From Escherichia phage vB_EcoM-101117BS1, in the sequence record MZ234018.1: a DNA stretch of 64,000 nt; one strand, given 5' to 3'. The translations under genes and the position numbers were made by a program. Below are positions 8,451-17,676 of the stretch, one piece after another. Numbering within the stretch: position 1 is the first letter of the stretch; the number at the start of each line of letters is the position of its first letter. Below the pieces are notes generated by a model. That model saw nothing but the letters and a program-made list of their open reading frames with translations. It did no database searches and had not been told where the DNA came from.

Positions 8451-9197
8451 ATGAAGCTGTCTAATAATCAAATTCGTAAAATTAAACGTCGTCTAGAGCA
8501 TACTCAGGCATCTGCAAAAAGACGTTCTAAAGATTTTAACTTAGACTTCAATTACATTAAGAACATTTTAGATCAAAAAGTTTGTGCTTACTCGGGAGAA
8601 CCTTTTGATAATCGTATTGAAGGAGAGAAATTATCATTAGAACGTTTTGATAATAACATTGGATACATTAAAGGGAATGTTATTGCAGTAAAGAAAAAGT
8701 ATAATACATTTCGTTCTGATTATACTTTAGAAGAGTTGATTGAAAAACGGGATTTATTTGCTTTGCGAATTGGTCGTTCATCTGCGAAAAAAGTTCATAA
8801 ACTAAATTTAGATGAAAAGAAATGGGCTAAAATCAAAAAGACTTATAATCAAATTAAAGCTATACAGAAAAAACGTGAAAACCGAATTGAACACATTTCT
8901 CAGCTTTCTAAATCAAAACAGACCTCTGACATTAAGCTAAGGATTATAGCACTTAAAGCACGTATTGATGGTTCTCGCATAGCAGAAGGCGCTGAAGTTG
9001 TTAAATTGAACGTTCTTCTTAAAGGCTCGGATTGGAAAATTGTGAAAAAGCTGTCAGAAGCAGAAATGCAATATGATATGTGTGATAAAATTATTCAAGG
9101 TGTAGAGCGGTATCAAAATTTGTCTTTTATTGATAAACTTAAACTGAAAAGAGGATACCCGCTAAATTGTTCAATTTTTAAACTTATCCGAGGATAA
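8451..9197 (+). CDS. srd: Srd-like protein (probable)
   Basis: 248 aa, basic; position between modA and dda as in T4. Confidence 0.55.
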   Translation: MKLSNNQIRKIKRRLEHTQASAKRRSKDFNLDFNYIKNILDQKVCAYSGEPFDNRIEGEKLSLERFDNNIGYIKGNVIAVKKKYNTFRSDYTLEELIEKRDLFALRIGRSSAKKVHKLNLDEKKWAKIKKTYNQIKAIQKKRENRIEHISQLSKSKQTSDIKLRIIALKARIDGSRIAEGAEVVKLNVLLKGSDWKIVKKLSEAEMQYDMCDKIIQGVERYQNLSFIDKLKLKRGYPLNCSIFKLIRG

Positions 9198-9198
9198 T

Positions 9199-9510
9199 AT
9201 GGTTTATGTATATGCGATAGTTTACCGAGACAAAGACGGATTTACGGCGCCAGTTCCACTTGATGAACATCGTCCTGCTGTGTTTTTTGAAAGAGAGATT
9301 GCTGATAGAGTTTTTACTACTCTCAAAGACCAATATAAACTAGCTTTAGGTATGGGAATTCCAAGACTAGTTGAGACTCCACGCAAGTTTTGGTTTAATA
9401 AAATAGAAGTTAAACATGTTAAGCCTGATGTAGATACACAAAGATTATATCAACGAATTCTAGATACTGGGCGTATTGTTAGTATTCCAATTGCAGGGAC
9501 TTTCCGATGA
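9199..9510 (+). CDS. hypothetical protein (103 aa), dda.1 position
   Basis: ATG 2 nt after the previous stop; overlaps the dda start. Confidence 0.6.
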   Translation: MVYVYAIVYRDKDGFTAPVPLDEHRPAVFFEREIADRVFTTLKDQYKLALGMGIPRLVETPRKFWFNKIEVKHVKPDVDTQRLYQRILDTGRIVSIPIAGTFR

Positions 9511-10826
9511 CATTTGATGATTTGACAGAAGGCCAGAAAAATGCCTTTAACATCGTTATGAGGGCTATTAAAGAAAAGAAACATCATGTAACTATTAATG
9601 GACCTGCTGGTACTGGTAAGACTACTCTTACTAAGTTCATCATTGAAGCCTTAATATCTACAGGCGAAACTGGCATTATTTTAGCAGCTCCTACTCATGC
9701 AGCTAAAAAGATTCTTTCAAAACTGTCGGGGAAAGAAGCGAGTACTATTCACAGTATTCTTAAAATTAACCCAGTTACGTATGAAGAAAACGTTCTTTTT
9801 GAACAGAAGGAAGTACCAGATTTAGCTAAATGCAGGGTATTAATCTGCGACGAAGTGTCAATGTATGATAGAAAGCTATTTAAAATTCTGCTTTCAACTA
9901 TTCCACCATGGTGTACTATAATTGGAATAGGCGATAATAAGCAAATTAGACCTGTTGACCCAGGAGAAAACACTGCTTATATCAGTCCGTTCTTTACACA
10001 CAAAGATTTTTATCAGTGTGAACTCACTGAAGTTAAACGCAGTAATGCTCCTATTATTGATGTAGCTACTGACGTTCGTAACGGTAAGTGGATTTATGAT
10101 AAAGTTGTTGACGGGCATGGAGTACGTGGATTTACTGGTGATACCGCTTTACGCGATTTTATGGTAAATTATTTTTCAATCGTCAAATCTTTAGATGATT
10201 TGTTTGAAAATCGCGTAATGGCATTTACGAATAAATCTGTTGACAAGTTAAATAGCATTATTCGTAAAAAGATTTTTGAAACTGATAAAGATTTTATTGT
10301 CGGTGAAATTATTGTAATGCAGGAACCATTAATTAAAACATATAAAATTGATGGAAAGCCTGTGTCAGAAATTATTTTTAATAACGGACAATTAGTTCGT
10401 ATTATAGAAGCAGAGTATACATCAACGTTTGTTAAAGCTCGTGGTGTTCCTGGAGAATATCTAATTCGTCATTGGGATTTAACAGTAGAAACTTATGGCG
10501 ATGATGAATATTATCGTGAAAAGATTAAAATAATTTCATCTGACGAAGAATTGTATAAGTTTAACCTATTTTTAGGTAAAACTGCAGAAACTTATAAAAA
10601 TTGGAACAAAGGCGGAAAAGCTCCGTGGAGTGATTTTTGGGATGCTAAATCACAGTTTAGTAAAGTGAAAGCACTTCCTGCATCAACATTCCATAAAGCT
10701 CAGGGTATGTCTGTAGACCGTGCTTTCATTTATACGCCTTGTATTCATTATGCAGATGCTGAATTGGCTCAACAACTTCTTTATGTTGGTGTTACCCGTG
10801 GTCGTTATGACGTATTTTATGTGTGA
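9507..10826 (+). CDS. dda: Dda DNA helicase (SF1B)
   Basis: 439 aa; Walker A GPAGTGKT; sequence matches my recollection of T4 Dda. Confidence 0.95.
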   Translation: MTFDDLTEGQKNAFNIVMRAIKEKKHHVTINGPAGTGKTTLTKFIIEALISTGETGIILAAPTHAAKKILSKLSGKEASTIHSILKINPVTYEENVLFEQKEVPDLAKCRVLICDEVSMYDRKLFKILLSTIPPWCTIIGIGDNKQIRPVDPGENTAYISPFFTHKDFYQCELTEVKRSNAPIIDVATDVRNGKWIYDKVVDGHGVRGFTGDTALRDFMVNYFSIVKSLDDLFENRVMAFTNKSVDKLNSIIRKKIFETDKDFIVGEIIVMQEPLIKTYKIDGKPVSEIIFNNGQLVRIIEAEYTSTFVKARGVPGEYLIRHWDLTVETYGDDEYYREKIKIISSDEELYKFNLFLGKTAETYKNWNKGGKAPWSDFWDAKSQFSKVKALPASTFHKAQGMSVDRAFIYTPCIHYADAELAQQLLYVGVTRGRYDVFYV

Positions 10827-10832
10827 GGATAT

Positions 10833-11093
10833 ATGATTAACATCAATTCAAAATATTTAAATCGTCTAATAGATGGTATAAGGAAGCATACTAATAAGCA
10901 AGATAATCTTAATGTTATGGTAACAGGAGCTGAGCTCCTTCATAAGCTTTATCTTATAAGTGATACTATATTAGCAATTAAACGAATTGAAAAACAATCA
11001 TATCACAGTAATACAGATACGGTAATTACACTAGATGAAAGTGTCTGTAAATTACTAATTAAATTTGAGGAAGCTATTCGTGGAAATAACTAA
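10833..11093 (+). CDS. hypothetical protein (86 aa)
   Basis: ATG with GAGGA RBS. Confidence 0.55.
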   Translation: MININSKYLNRLIDGIRKHTNKQDNLNVMVTGAELLHKLYLISDTILAIKRIEKQSYHSNTDTVITLDESVCKLLIKFEEAIRGNN

Positions 11094-11325
11094 AGATCAG
11101 TTTTATCTTCTTCAGGATAAAGTTAGCGAAATTTATGAAATTGCTCATGGTAAAAATCGTGAAACTGTAAAAATTGAATCTAGTAAGTTGATGCTTCAAT
11201 TAGAAGAAATTGAACGAGATTTAATTGCGTTAGAATTCTTTTGTGGTGAAGTGAAAACTGTTACAATCAATGATTACGTTTTAGGCGAAATTAGCTATCT
11301 TTATGAGGCGATTATTAATGATTGA
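11065..11325 (+). CDS. hypothetical protein (start uncertain; TTG 11065 or GTG 11080)
   Basis: No in-frame ATG near the 5' end; GAGGA precedes GTG 11080. Confidence 0.45.
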   Translation: MRKLFVEITKDQFYLLQDKVSEIYEIAHGKNRETVKIESSKLMLQLEEIERDLIALEFFCGEVKTVTINDYVLGEISYLYEAIIND

Positions 11326-11560
11326 ATTAAGTTGGTACCAGTTTAAATCTCTTATGACAAATGTTAAAGCTGTCATTGAGAAAAATTCTGGTCCTGAAAA
11401 TATTACTATTCGCGAAAAAGCTTTAAAGATAATATACAGTCTTGAAGAGATGCAAAAAGATATTGAATCTATGGCAAAATTTATTGATGAGCCCATTAAT
11501 AAAGTTTATATCCAAGATTATACTGTAGGTCAAATTCGCGATTTAGCGAGGAAAGTTTAA
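11303..11560 (+). CDS. hypothetical protein (80-85 aa; ATG 11303 or 11318)
   Basis: Ends 1 nt into the dexA ATG. Confidence 0.5.
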   Translation: MRRLLMIELSWYQFKSLMTNVKAVIEKNSGPENITIREKALKIIYSLEEMQKDIESMAKFIDEPINKVYIQDYTVGQIRDLARKV

Positions 11561-12243
11561 TGTTTGATTTTATTATAGATTTTGAAACAATGGGAAGTGG
11601 TGAAAAAGCAGCTGTTATTGATTTGGCTGTAATTGCTTTTGACCCTAACCCGGAAGTTGTTGAAACATTCGATGAATTAGTTTCACGTGGCATTAAAATC
11701 AAATTTGATTTAAAAAGCCAAAAAGGACATCGTCTTTTTACTAAAAGCACTATCGAATGGTGGAAGAATCAATCTCCCGAAGCTCGAAAAAATATTGCGC
11801 CATCAGATGAAGATGTAAGCACTATCGATGGTATTGCAAAATTTAATGATTACATCAATGCACATAATATCGATCCTTGGAAATCTCAAGGCTGGTGCCG
11901 TGGAATGTCGTTTGATTTTCCAATTTTAGTCGATCTCATTCGCGATATTCAACGTCTTAACGGCGTTTCAGAGAATGAGCTTGATACATTTAAGTTAGAA
12001 CCTTGTAAATTTTGGAATCAGCGTGATATTCGTACCAGAATTGAAGCACTTCTCCTTGTTCGTGATATGACCACGTGTCCTCTTCCAAAAGGAACCTTAG
12101 ATGGATTCGTTGCGCATGATTCTATTCATGACTGTGCGAAAGACATCCTGATGATGAAGTATGCTTTGCGCTATGCTATGGGTCTTGAAGATGCTCCGTC
12201 AGAGGAAGAGTGCGATCCTCTATCTCTTCCAACAAAACGATAA
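11560..12243 (+). CDS. dexA: exonuclease A (DnaQ-like 3'-5' exonuclease)
   Basis: 227 aa; N-terminal FIIDFETMG exonuclease motif. Confidence 0.9.
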   Translation: MFDFIIDFETMGSGEKAAVIDLAVIAFDPNPEVVETFDELVSRGIKIKFDLKSQKGHRLFTKSTIEWWKNQSPEARKNIAPSDEDVSTIDGIAKFNDYINAHNIDPWKSQGWCRGMSFDFPILVDLIRDIQRLNGVSENELDTFKLEPCKFWNQRDIRTRIEALLLVRDMTTCPLPKGTLDGFVAHDSIHDCAKDILMMKYALRYAMGLEDAPSEEECDPLSLPTKR

Positions 12244-12249
12244 AAAGTT

Positions 12250-12280
12250 GTTTACTTCCTCGGTTAGTTGTGGTATTATA
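12250..12280 (+). promoter_or_regulatory. phage early promoter
   Basis: GTTTAC 12250-12255, 18-bp spacer, TGGTATTAT. Confidence 0.55.
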
Positions 12281-12306
12281 ACATCATAGCTACTGAGGAT
12301 AATAAA

Positions 12307-12819
12307 ATGAAAATTTATCGTGTTGAATCATCGTTTAGTGCATTAAATGATGATAGTGGTATAATGAAAATTAGGCAAGAGTTATGCGTTCAATCAACTC
12401 CTTATCGTGGATTTGATTCTATGAAAACTCGAACTTGGTTAAAATTTTGTGGTATTAATTCATCATCATTTCATCATCATAGCGATAATTATGAAAGCCA
12501 TGAAAGTATTCCTATTCCACACGATGATAAGTTATTAGTTGAAAATGCTAATGATGTTATTAAAACTAAATGGAATAAAGATTATTCACGAATTGAAAAT
12601 TATATTCCATTATGGTTTATTGCATTATATCATTTTGCTTTCGCTAGTGAATATGATATGATGAGATGGTTCACTCGAGAAGAGCGTGAAGACTTAAAAG
12701 AACGTGGAATGTACATTGCGATTTATGAAGTGCCAGATGATCAAGTTATCATTGGTGGGCATCAAGTAATGTTTCGCAAATCGCATGCTGAATTAAAAGG
12801 CTTTATTACCTTAGACTAA
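12307..12819 (+). CDS. motB: MotB-like protein (probable)
   Basis: 170 aa from ATG 12307; ORF-track start 12268 is a TTG inside the promoter; position after dexA. Confidence 0.5.
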   Translation: MKIYRVESSFSALNDDSGIMKIRQELCVQSTPYRGFDSMKTRTWLKFCGINSSSFHHHSDNYESHESIPIPHDDKLLVENANDVIKTKWNKDYSRIENYIPLWFIALYHFAFASEYDMMRWFTREEREDLKERGMYIAIYEVPDDQVIIGGHQVMFRKSHAELKGFITLD

Positions 12820-12829
12820 AGAGAAAATT

Positions 12830-13330
12830 ATGATTAAAATTAATACTACGTATCAAATGAAAAAACCGTCTGAAATTGATTTCCAGACAATGTCGAATAC
12901 GACTGATAGCAAGTTTTGGGAACTTCTTGGTACAACTGGCGGATATCCTTTTACTGTTATTAGTGTTAATAGCGGAATTCTCATTGGTACAGTGTACATG
13001 GAAATTAGAAACTATTATGGAAGGGTATCATCATTCATCATCTATGAAGAAGATTTCAATTTATTGACAGAAATTGAAAAAGAAGAACAAGAAAAATCCC
13101 ATATTGATATGGATTTAGTTTCTATGTATGTAACACCAGTTGAAAAAATTGAAGACCCGACTGATTTGTTGTGTAAGGCAGTTTATATTCGTCGTCCATT
13201 CGCGAATCCGATTGGCGGTTGGGTAACTGATCAGTGGATTGAAGATGGTGTTGAACTTCTGAACGTAGTTCATGCTGGAGAGTACTCTGTAGTTCCTCGC
13301 AGCGCAGTGATTAATGTTCGTGTAAGCTAG
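12830..13330 (+). CDS. hypothetical protein (166 aa), shares C-terminal domain with 13404-13895
   Basis: C-terminal TDQWIEDGVELLNVVHAGEYSVVPRS. Confidence 0.6.
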   Translation: MIKINTTYQMKKPSEIDFQTMSNTTDSKFWELLGTTGGYPFTVISVNSGILIGTVYMEIRNYYGRVSSFIIYEEDFNLLTEIEKEEQEKSHIDMDLVSMYVTPVEKIEDPTDLLCKAVYIRRPFANPIGGWVTDQWIEDGVELLNVVHAGEYSVVPRSAVINVRVS

Positions 13331-13360
13331 TTTACAAACTCTTGGGACCAGAGTATAATG
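13330..13360 (+). promoter_or_regulatory. phage early promoter
   Basis: GTTTAC 13330-13335, 18-bp spacer, TATAAT 13354-13359. Confidence 0.6.
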
Positions 13361-13403
13361 GTCCTGCGGAGTATAAAATCTTTTTAACAAGTGAGAGATA
13401 ATT

Positions 13404-13895
13404 ATGAATATTAATATCGGTGAAATTGCTCGTGTATCTGATAAATCCCGTTCTAAAGCAGCAGGAAAATTGGTTGAAGTCGTAAGCATTCAGCTTAAAC
13501 ATGGTGTTAAAGATGAAGATTCTGAAGTAAAAGTGCGTATCATTCCTAAAGATGGAATGTCTAAACCTCAGTTTGGTTATGTTCGATGGAAATTTCTTGA
13601 GCCTGCGTTTTTGAAAGCTGTTCCCGCTAAAGGAATTGAAACGATTGATACTTCGCATGTAGGTGTAGACTTTAAGTGGAAACTCGGTCAAGCTATCAAG
13701 TTCGTTGCTCCTTATGAGTTTGAATTTACTGAAGGTGAGGAAGGTGTTGTTAACCGTACTCGCGCTATGTGTGCATACATTACTGATCAATGGGTAGAAG
13801 ATGGCGTTAAATTATACAACGCGGTATTTTTAGGAACATACAAAGTCATTCCTGAAAGTTGGATTAAACACTACAGCAAAGCTCGCTATGCATAA
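13404..13895 (+). CDS. hypothetical protein (163 aa), paralogous C-terminal domain
   Basis: C-terminal TDQWVEDGVKLYNAVFLGTYKVIPES. Confidence 0.6.
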   Translation: MNINIGEIARVSDKSRSKAAGKLVEVVSIQLKHGVKDEDSEVKVRIIPKDGMSKPQFGYVRWKFLEPAFLKAVPAKGIETIDTSHVGVDFKWKLGQAIKFVAPYEFEFTEGEEGVVNRTRAMCAYITDQWVEDGVKLYNAVFLGTYKVIPESWIKHYSKARYA

Positions 13896-13908
13896 AGTTT
13901 AAAATTTT

Positions 13909-13950
13909 TCATAAAACTATATACATCAGTAGTTGATTATGGTACTATAT
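13909..13950 (+). promoter_or_regulatory. early promoter within a repeated promoter/leader cassette (degenerate copy)
   Basis: ttttcataaaac...TGGTACTAT followed by conserved leader atcaactactgatacag. Confidence 0.45.
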
Positions 13951-13991
13951 CAATATCAACTACTGATACAGAAAATAACTTGGAGAATAAA

Positions 13992-14261
13992 ATGGAAAAC
14001 TTAATTATCATCGAGCAATCTTTCAATGATTATGGTATGGCTTATGGTTATCGTGCGATAATGGAAGATTCTCGTGGATGTGTTATCGATATTGCTGAAT
14101 GTAAAGATTTACTGCAGCTTTTGAAGATTGTTCGTAAAAATTGGGATTGTGAAAACATTAAAGCTCGTGTTGTAACGGAAGAAGAAACTGTTTTTCATGA
14201 TGTAAAATTCGCTAAAGGTGCTGCTACTCTTCTGAAACGTATCGCTCCACTGTTTAATTAA
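13992..14261 (+). CDS. hypothetical protein (89 aa)
   Basis: ATG 13992 after TGGAG RBS; ORF-track start 13980 is a TTG. Confidence 0.55.
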   Translation: MENLIIIEQSFNDYGMAYGYRAIMEDSRGCVIDIAECKDLLQLLKIVRKNWDCENIKARVVTEEETVFHDVKFAKGAATLLKRIAPLFN

Positions 14262-14274
14262 TGAGGAAATTGTA

Positions 14275-14490
14275 ATGAAACGTAAAATTGTTCAGAATTG
14301 CACTAATGACGAATTTGAAGATGTATTATTTGATCCAGATTTGGTAGTGGTTCAAAAGGAACATACCGTTAAGTTTACTCACTTGACTTCGGTTTATGTG
14401 TATGAAAAGGTTGGTGATAAACAACCGATTTATGGTGTATTCCGTGAAATCACTGAAGACGGTACAACTTACTGGAAGGAAATTTATTAA
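14275..14490 (+). CDS. hypothetical protein (71 aa), possibly cef
   Basis: Length and position consistent with T4 cef; sequence not verified. Confidence 0.45.
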   Translation: MKRKIVQNCTNDEFEDVLFDPDLVVVQKEHTVKFTHLTSVYVYEKVGDKQPIYGVFREITEDGTTYWKEIY

Positions 14491-14915
14491 TGGCTATTAG
14501 ATTTGAAGTTAATAAATGGTATCAATTTAAAAATAAACAAGCTCAAGAAAATTTTATTAAAGACCATACTGATAACGGAATTTATGCACGACGTTTAGGT
14601 ATGCATCCTTTTAAAATTTTAGATGTTGACCATCTTGGTCGTCCTACTAAAATTGTGACATCTACTGGCACAGTTGGATATGCAACACATGGTGATATCC
14701 TTGACGAAAACTTTATCTGGCTCTCTACTAACGAAGCCGAGTTCTTTGATGAAGTTGAAAATCCATACCAGGCAGCTGAAGAGCAAGAGCAGGAAGAGAA
14801 AGAGCAAGAACAAATAGAAGATTTCACAGAATTTCCTGTCATGAAAGTTACTATTAAAAATAATGAACAGGCATGGTCCTTGTATCAAATGCTGAAAGCA
14901 CACTTTAAGGAATAA
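14490..14915 (+). CDS. acidic protein (141 aa), possibly GoF
   Basis: Length and position consistent with T4 goF; Glu/Gln-rich segment [12 protein letters not shown]. Confidence 0.45.
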   Translation: MAIRFEVNKWYQFKNKQAQENFIKDHTDNGIYARRLGMHPFKILDVDHLGRPTKIVTSTGTVGYATHGDILDENFIWLSTNEAEFFDEVENPYQAAEEQEQEEKEQEQIEDFTEFPVMKVTIKNNEQAWSLYQMLKAHFKE

Positions 14916-14917
14916 TT

Positions 14918-15094
14918 ATGCCAATGTATGATTATAAATGCCAATCCGAAGATTGCGGGCATGAATATGAAAAAATTAAAAAGATTTCTGAACGAGAAAA
15001 TGATGTTTGCCCTAAATGTCATCGTTTGTCTACTCGTCGGCCTTCTGCTCCTAAGCATGTGAATGGTGGTTTTTACGATTTACTTAAAGGGTAA
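14918..15094 (+). CDS. FmdB-like zinc-ribbon protein (58 aa)
   Basis: MPMYDYKCQSEDCGHEYE...CPKCH: two CxxC pairs; not in the ORF track. Confidence 0.55.
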   Translation: MPMYDYKCQSEDCGHEYEKIKKISERENDVCPKCHRLSTRRPSAPKHVNGGFYDLLKG

Positions 15095-15096
15095 TT

Positions 15097-15468
15097 ATGT
15101 TTAAAATCGGTAAGAAATATTGCATTCGTGAAGGTGAAGAACAGAAATATCTACTTTCTGCTAGTAATAGGAATAGTTCTATTAATGCTGTAATATTGAC
15201 TAGTGAATTTATCGTTGAAGATATGAAAGGTCATAATGTTACAATGATTAGTACAGCATCTGGAAATGATGGAAAAATTCTTCATAGTTGTCAGAGTAAT
15301 GTTCTAATTTATGATGAAGAATTTGACTTCTTCAAAGAAGTTTCCGAAGATTTTGATTTTGAATGTACTATTACTATGAAATCTGGTGACCCTCTTTCTT
15401 TTACAGTTAAAGATGAAAGAAGTCGCTTGAGAATTATTAGTCTTCTTCAAGCCATTAAATTTAAGTGA
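15097..15468 (+). CDS. hypothetical protein (123 aa)
   Basis: ATG 3 nt after the previous stop. Confidence 0.55.
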   Translation: MFKIGKKYCIREGEEQKYLLSASNRNSSINAVILTSEFIVEDMKGHNVTMISTASGNDGKILHSCQSNVLIYDEEFDFFKEVSEDFDFECTITMKSGDPLSFTVKDERSRLRIISLLQAIKFK

Positions 15469-15473
15469 AAATT

Positions 15474-15734
15474 ATGAAATATATTAATCGTTCTATTGCA
15501 GCATTAGTATTAGCAGTGTCTTTAGTAGGATGTACTGATGCTGATAATGCAACCAAAGTTTTGTCTTCAAGTGGTTTTACGAATATCGAAATCACTGGAT
15601 ATAACTGGTTCGGTTGCTCTGAAAATGATTTCCAACATACTGGATTTCGTGCTGTTGGACCTACCGGGCAGAAAGTAGAAGGAACAGTATGTTCTGGGCT
15701 GTTCTTTAAGGATTCAACTATTCGTTTTAAATAA
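15474..15734 (+). CDS. putative lipoprotein (86 aa)
   Basis: Signal peptide with lipobox LVGC (MKYINRSIAALVLAVSLVGCTD). Confidence 0.55.
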   Translation: MKYINRSIAALVLAVSLVGCTDADNATKVLSSSGFTNIEITGYNWFGCSENDFQHTGFRAVGPTGQKVEGTVCSGLFFKDSTIRFK

Positions 15735-15753
15735 AAAGGCCTTCGGGCCTTTA
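15735..15753 (+). terminator. hairpin terminator
   Basis: AAAGGCC-TTCG-GGCCTTT. Confidence 0.55.
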
Positions 15754-15778
15754 GCTTTATGATTACCGGAGTATAATA
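15752..15778 (+). promoter_or_regulatory. candidate middle promoter for gene 39
   Basis: MotA-box-like TAGCTTTA, 13 bp, TATAAT 15773-15778. Confidence 0.35.
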
Positions 15779-15804
15779 TTCCCGAAACCAAACGAGGATA
15801 AGTG

Positions 15805-17622
15805 ATGATTAAGAATGAAATTAAAATTCTGAGCGATATTGAACATATCAAAAAGCGTAGCGGCATGTACATTGGCTCTTCAGCTAATGAAATGCATGAG
15901 CGCTTTCTGTTTGGTAAATGGGAAAGTGTTCAGTATGTACCTGGTCTTGTTAAGCTTATTGATGAAATTATCGATAACTCAGTAGATGAAGGTATTCGTA
16001 CTAAGTTTAAATTCGCAAATAAAATTAATGTTACTATTAAAAACAATCAAGTAACAGTTGAAGATAACGGTCGTGGTATTCCGCAGGCAATGGTTAAAAC
16101 ACCTACCGGTGAAGAAATTCCTGGTCCTGTTGCTGCATGGACTATTCCAAAAGCAGGTGGTAACTTTGGTGATGATAAAGAACGCGTCACTGGCGGTATG
16201 AATGGTGTTGGTTCTAGTTTGACAAACATTTTTTCTGTGATGTTTGTCGGTGAAACTGGTGATGGTCAAAATAATATTGTAGTTCGTTGTTCAAATGGCA
16301 TGGAAAATAAATCATGGGAAACTATTCCTGGAAAATGGAAAGGAACTCGTGTTACTTTCATTCCTGATTTTATGTCATTTGAAACTAATGAGCTGTCCCA
16401 AGTTTATCTTGACATTACATTAGATCGTCTCCAGACACTTGCTGTTGTTTATCCTGATATTCAATTTACCTTTAATGGTAAAAAGGTTCAGGGCAATTTT
16501 AAGAAATATGCACGCCAATATGATGAGCATGCTATTGTTCAAGAACAAGAAAATTGTTCTATTGCGGTTGGTCGTTCACCGGATGGTTTTCGTCAATTAA
16601 CATACGTCAATAACATTCATACTAAGAATGGTGGCCATCACATTGACTGTGTTATGGATGATATTTGTGAAGACCTTATTCCACAAATCAAACGTAAGTT
16701 CAAAATTGATGTGACTAAAGCACGCGTTAAAGAATGTTTGACTATCGTTATGTTTGTCCGTGATATGAAAAACATGCGATTTGATTCTCAAACTAAAGAG
16801 CGTTTGACTTCTCCATTTGGCGAAATTCGTAGTCATATTCAGCTTGATGCTAAAAAGATTTCACGCGCTATTCTAAATAATGAAGCAATTCTAATGCCGA
16901 TTATCGAAGCTGCTTTGGCTCGTAAATTGGCAGCAGAAAAAGCAGCTGAAACTAAAGCAGCTAAAAAGGCCTCTAAGGCAAAGGTTCATAAACATATTAA
17001 AGCGAATCTTTGCGGTAAAGATGCTGACACTACTCTTTTCTTGACTGAGGGTGATTCTGCTATCGGATATCTTATTGATGTTCGTGATAAAGAACTTCAC
17101 GGTGGTTATCCATTGCGTGGTAAAGTTCTTAATAGCTGGGGTATGTCATATGCCGATATGCTTAAAAACAAAGAACTATTTGATATTTGCGCAATCACTG
17201 GTCTAGTTCTTGGTGAAAAAGCTGAAAACTTGAATTATCATAATATTGCTATTATGACTGATGCTGACCATGATGGTCTAGGAAGCATTTATCCTTCTCT
17301 GCTCGGGTTTTTTAGTAATTGGCCAGAATTGTTTGAACAAGGACGAATTCGCTTTGTCAAAACTCCTGTAATCATCGCTCAGGTCGGTAAAAAACAAGAA
17401 TGGTTTTATACAGTCGCTGAATATGAGAGTGCCAAAGATGCTCTACCTAAACATAGCATCCGTTATATTAAGGGACTTGGCTCTTTGGAAAAATCTGAAT
17501 ATCGTGAGATGATTCAAAACCCAGTATATGATGTTGTTAAACTTCCTGAGAACTGGAAAGAGCTTTTTGAAATGCTCATGGGAGATAATGCTGACCTTCG
17601 CAAAGAATGGATGAGTCAGTAG
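15805..17622 (+). CDS. 39: DNA topoisomerase II large subunit gp39, fused 39+60 form
   Basis: 605 aa from ATG 15805; GHKL ATPase motifs plus TOPRIM (LTEGDSA, DADHDG) in one ORF. Confidence 0.95.
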   Translation: MIKNEIKILSDIEHIKKRSGMYIGSSANEMHERFLFGKWESVQYVPGLVKLIDEIIDNSVDEGIRTKFKFANKINVTIKNNQVTVEDNGRGIPQAMVKTPTGEEIPGPVAAWTIPKAGGNFGDDKERVTGGMNGVGSSLTNIFSVMFVGETGDGQNNIVVRCSNGMENKSWETIPGKWKGTRVTFIPDFMSFETNELSQVYLDITLDRLQTLAVVYPDIQFTFNGKKVQGNFKKYARQYDEHAIVQEQENCSIAVGRSPDGFRQLTYVNNIHTKNGGHHIDCVMDDICEDLIPQIKRKFKIDVTKARVKECLTIVMFVRDMKNMRFDSQTKERLTSPFGEIRSHIQLDAKKISRAILNNEAILMPIIEAALARKLAAEKAAETKAAKKASKAKVHKHIKANLCGKDADTTLFLTEGDSAIGYLIDVRDKELHGGYPLRGKVLNSWGMSYADMLKNKELFDICAITGLVLGEKAENLNYHNIAIMTDADHDGLGSIYPSLLGFFSNWPELFEQGRIRFVKTPVIIAQVGKKQEWFYTVAEYESAKDALPKHSIRYIKGLGSLEKSEYREMIQNPVYDVVKLPENWKELFEMLMGDNADLRKEWMSQ

Positions 17623-17651
17623 TTTACTTTACCACAAGGATGTGGTATAAT
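17622..17651 (+). promoter_or_regulatory. phage early promoter
   Basis: GTTTAC 17622-17627, 18-bp spacer, TGTGGTATAAT. Confidence 0.6.
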
Positions 17652-17676
17652 TAATTGGGCAAATGAGGATATTGAA

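Noticed and set aside
8451-9197. HNH-like motif in the srd-like ORF (CAYSGEPF...LSLERFDNNIGYIKGNVIAV)
   Set aside because: Resembles the C.YCG...S.DRIDN.KGY...NV pattern of some HNH endonucleases, but the catalytic His and the zinc-binding Cys pairs are missing. Position and length fit Srd, so I did not call it a homing endonuclease.
12268-12306. N-terminal extensions of ORF-track calls that start at TTG/GTG (12268, 13980, 21954, 42301, 39035, 40214, 49491, 49942, 45447, 22573, 58765, 3611)
   Set aside because: The extensions run through promoter or terminator sequence and precede a better ATG with an SD. True starts were moved to the downstream ATG.
14582-14903. Two minus-strand ORFs (14582-14842 and 14619-14903) opposite the putative goF gene
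   Set aside because: Antisense to a well-supported + strand ORF; products are low-complexity (Ser/Cys-rich or Leu/Phe-rich) and there is no RBS.
17100-17300. Translational bypass (gene 60-type 50-nt hop) within the topoisomerase gene
   Set aside because: The reading frame is continuous across the region corresponding to the T4 39/60 junction; no in-frame stop or take-off/landing codon pair is needed.
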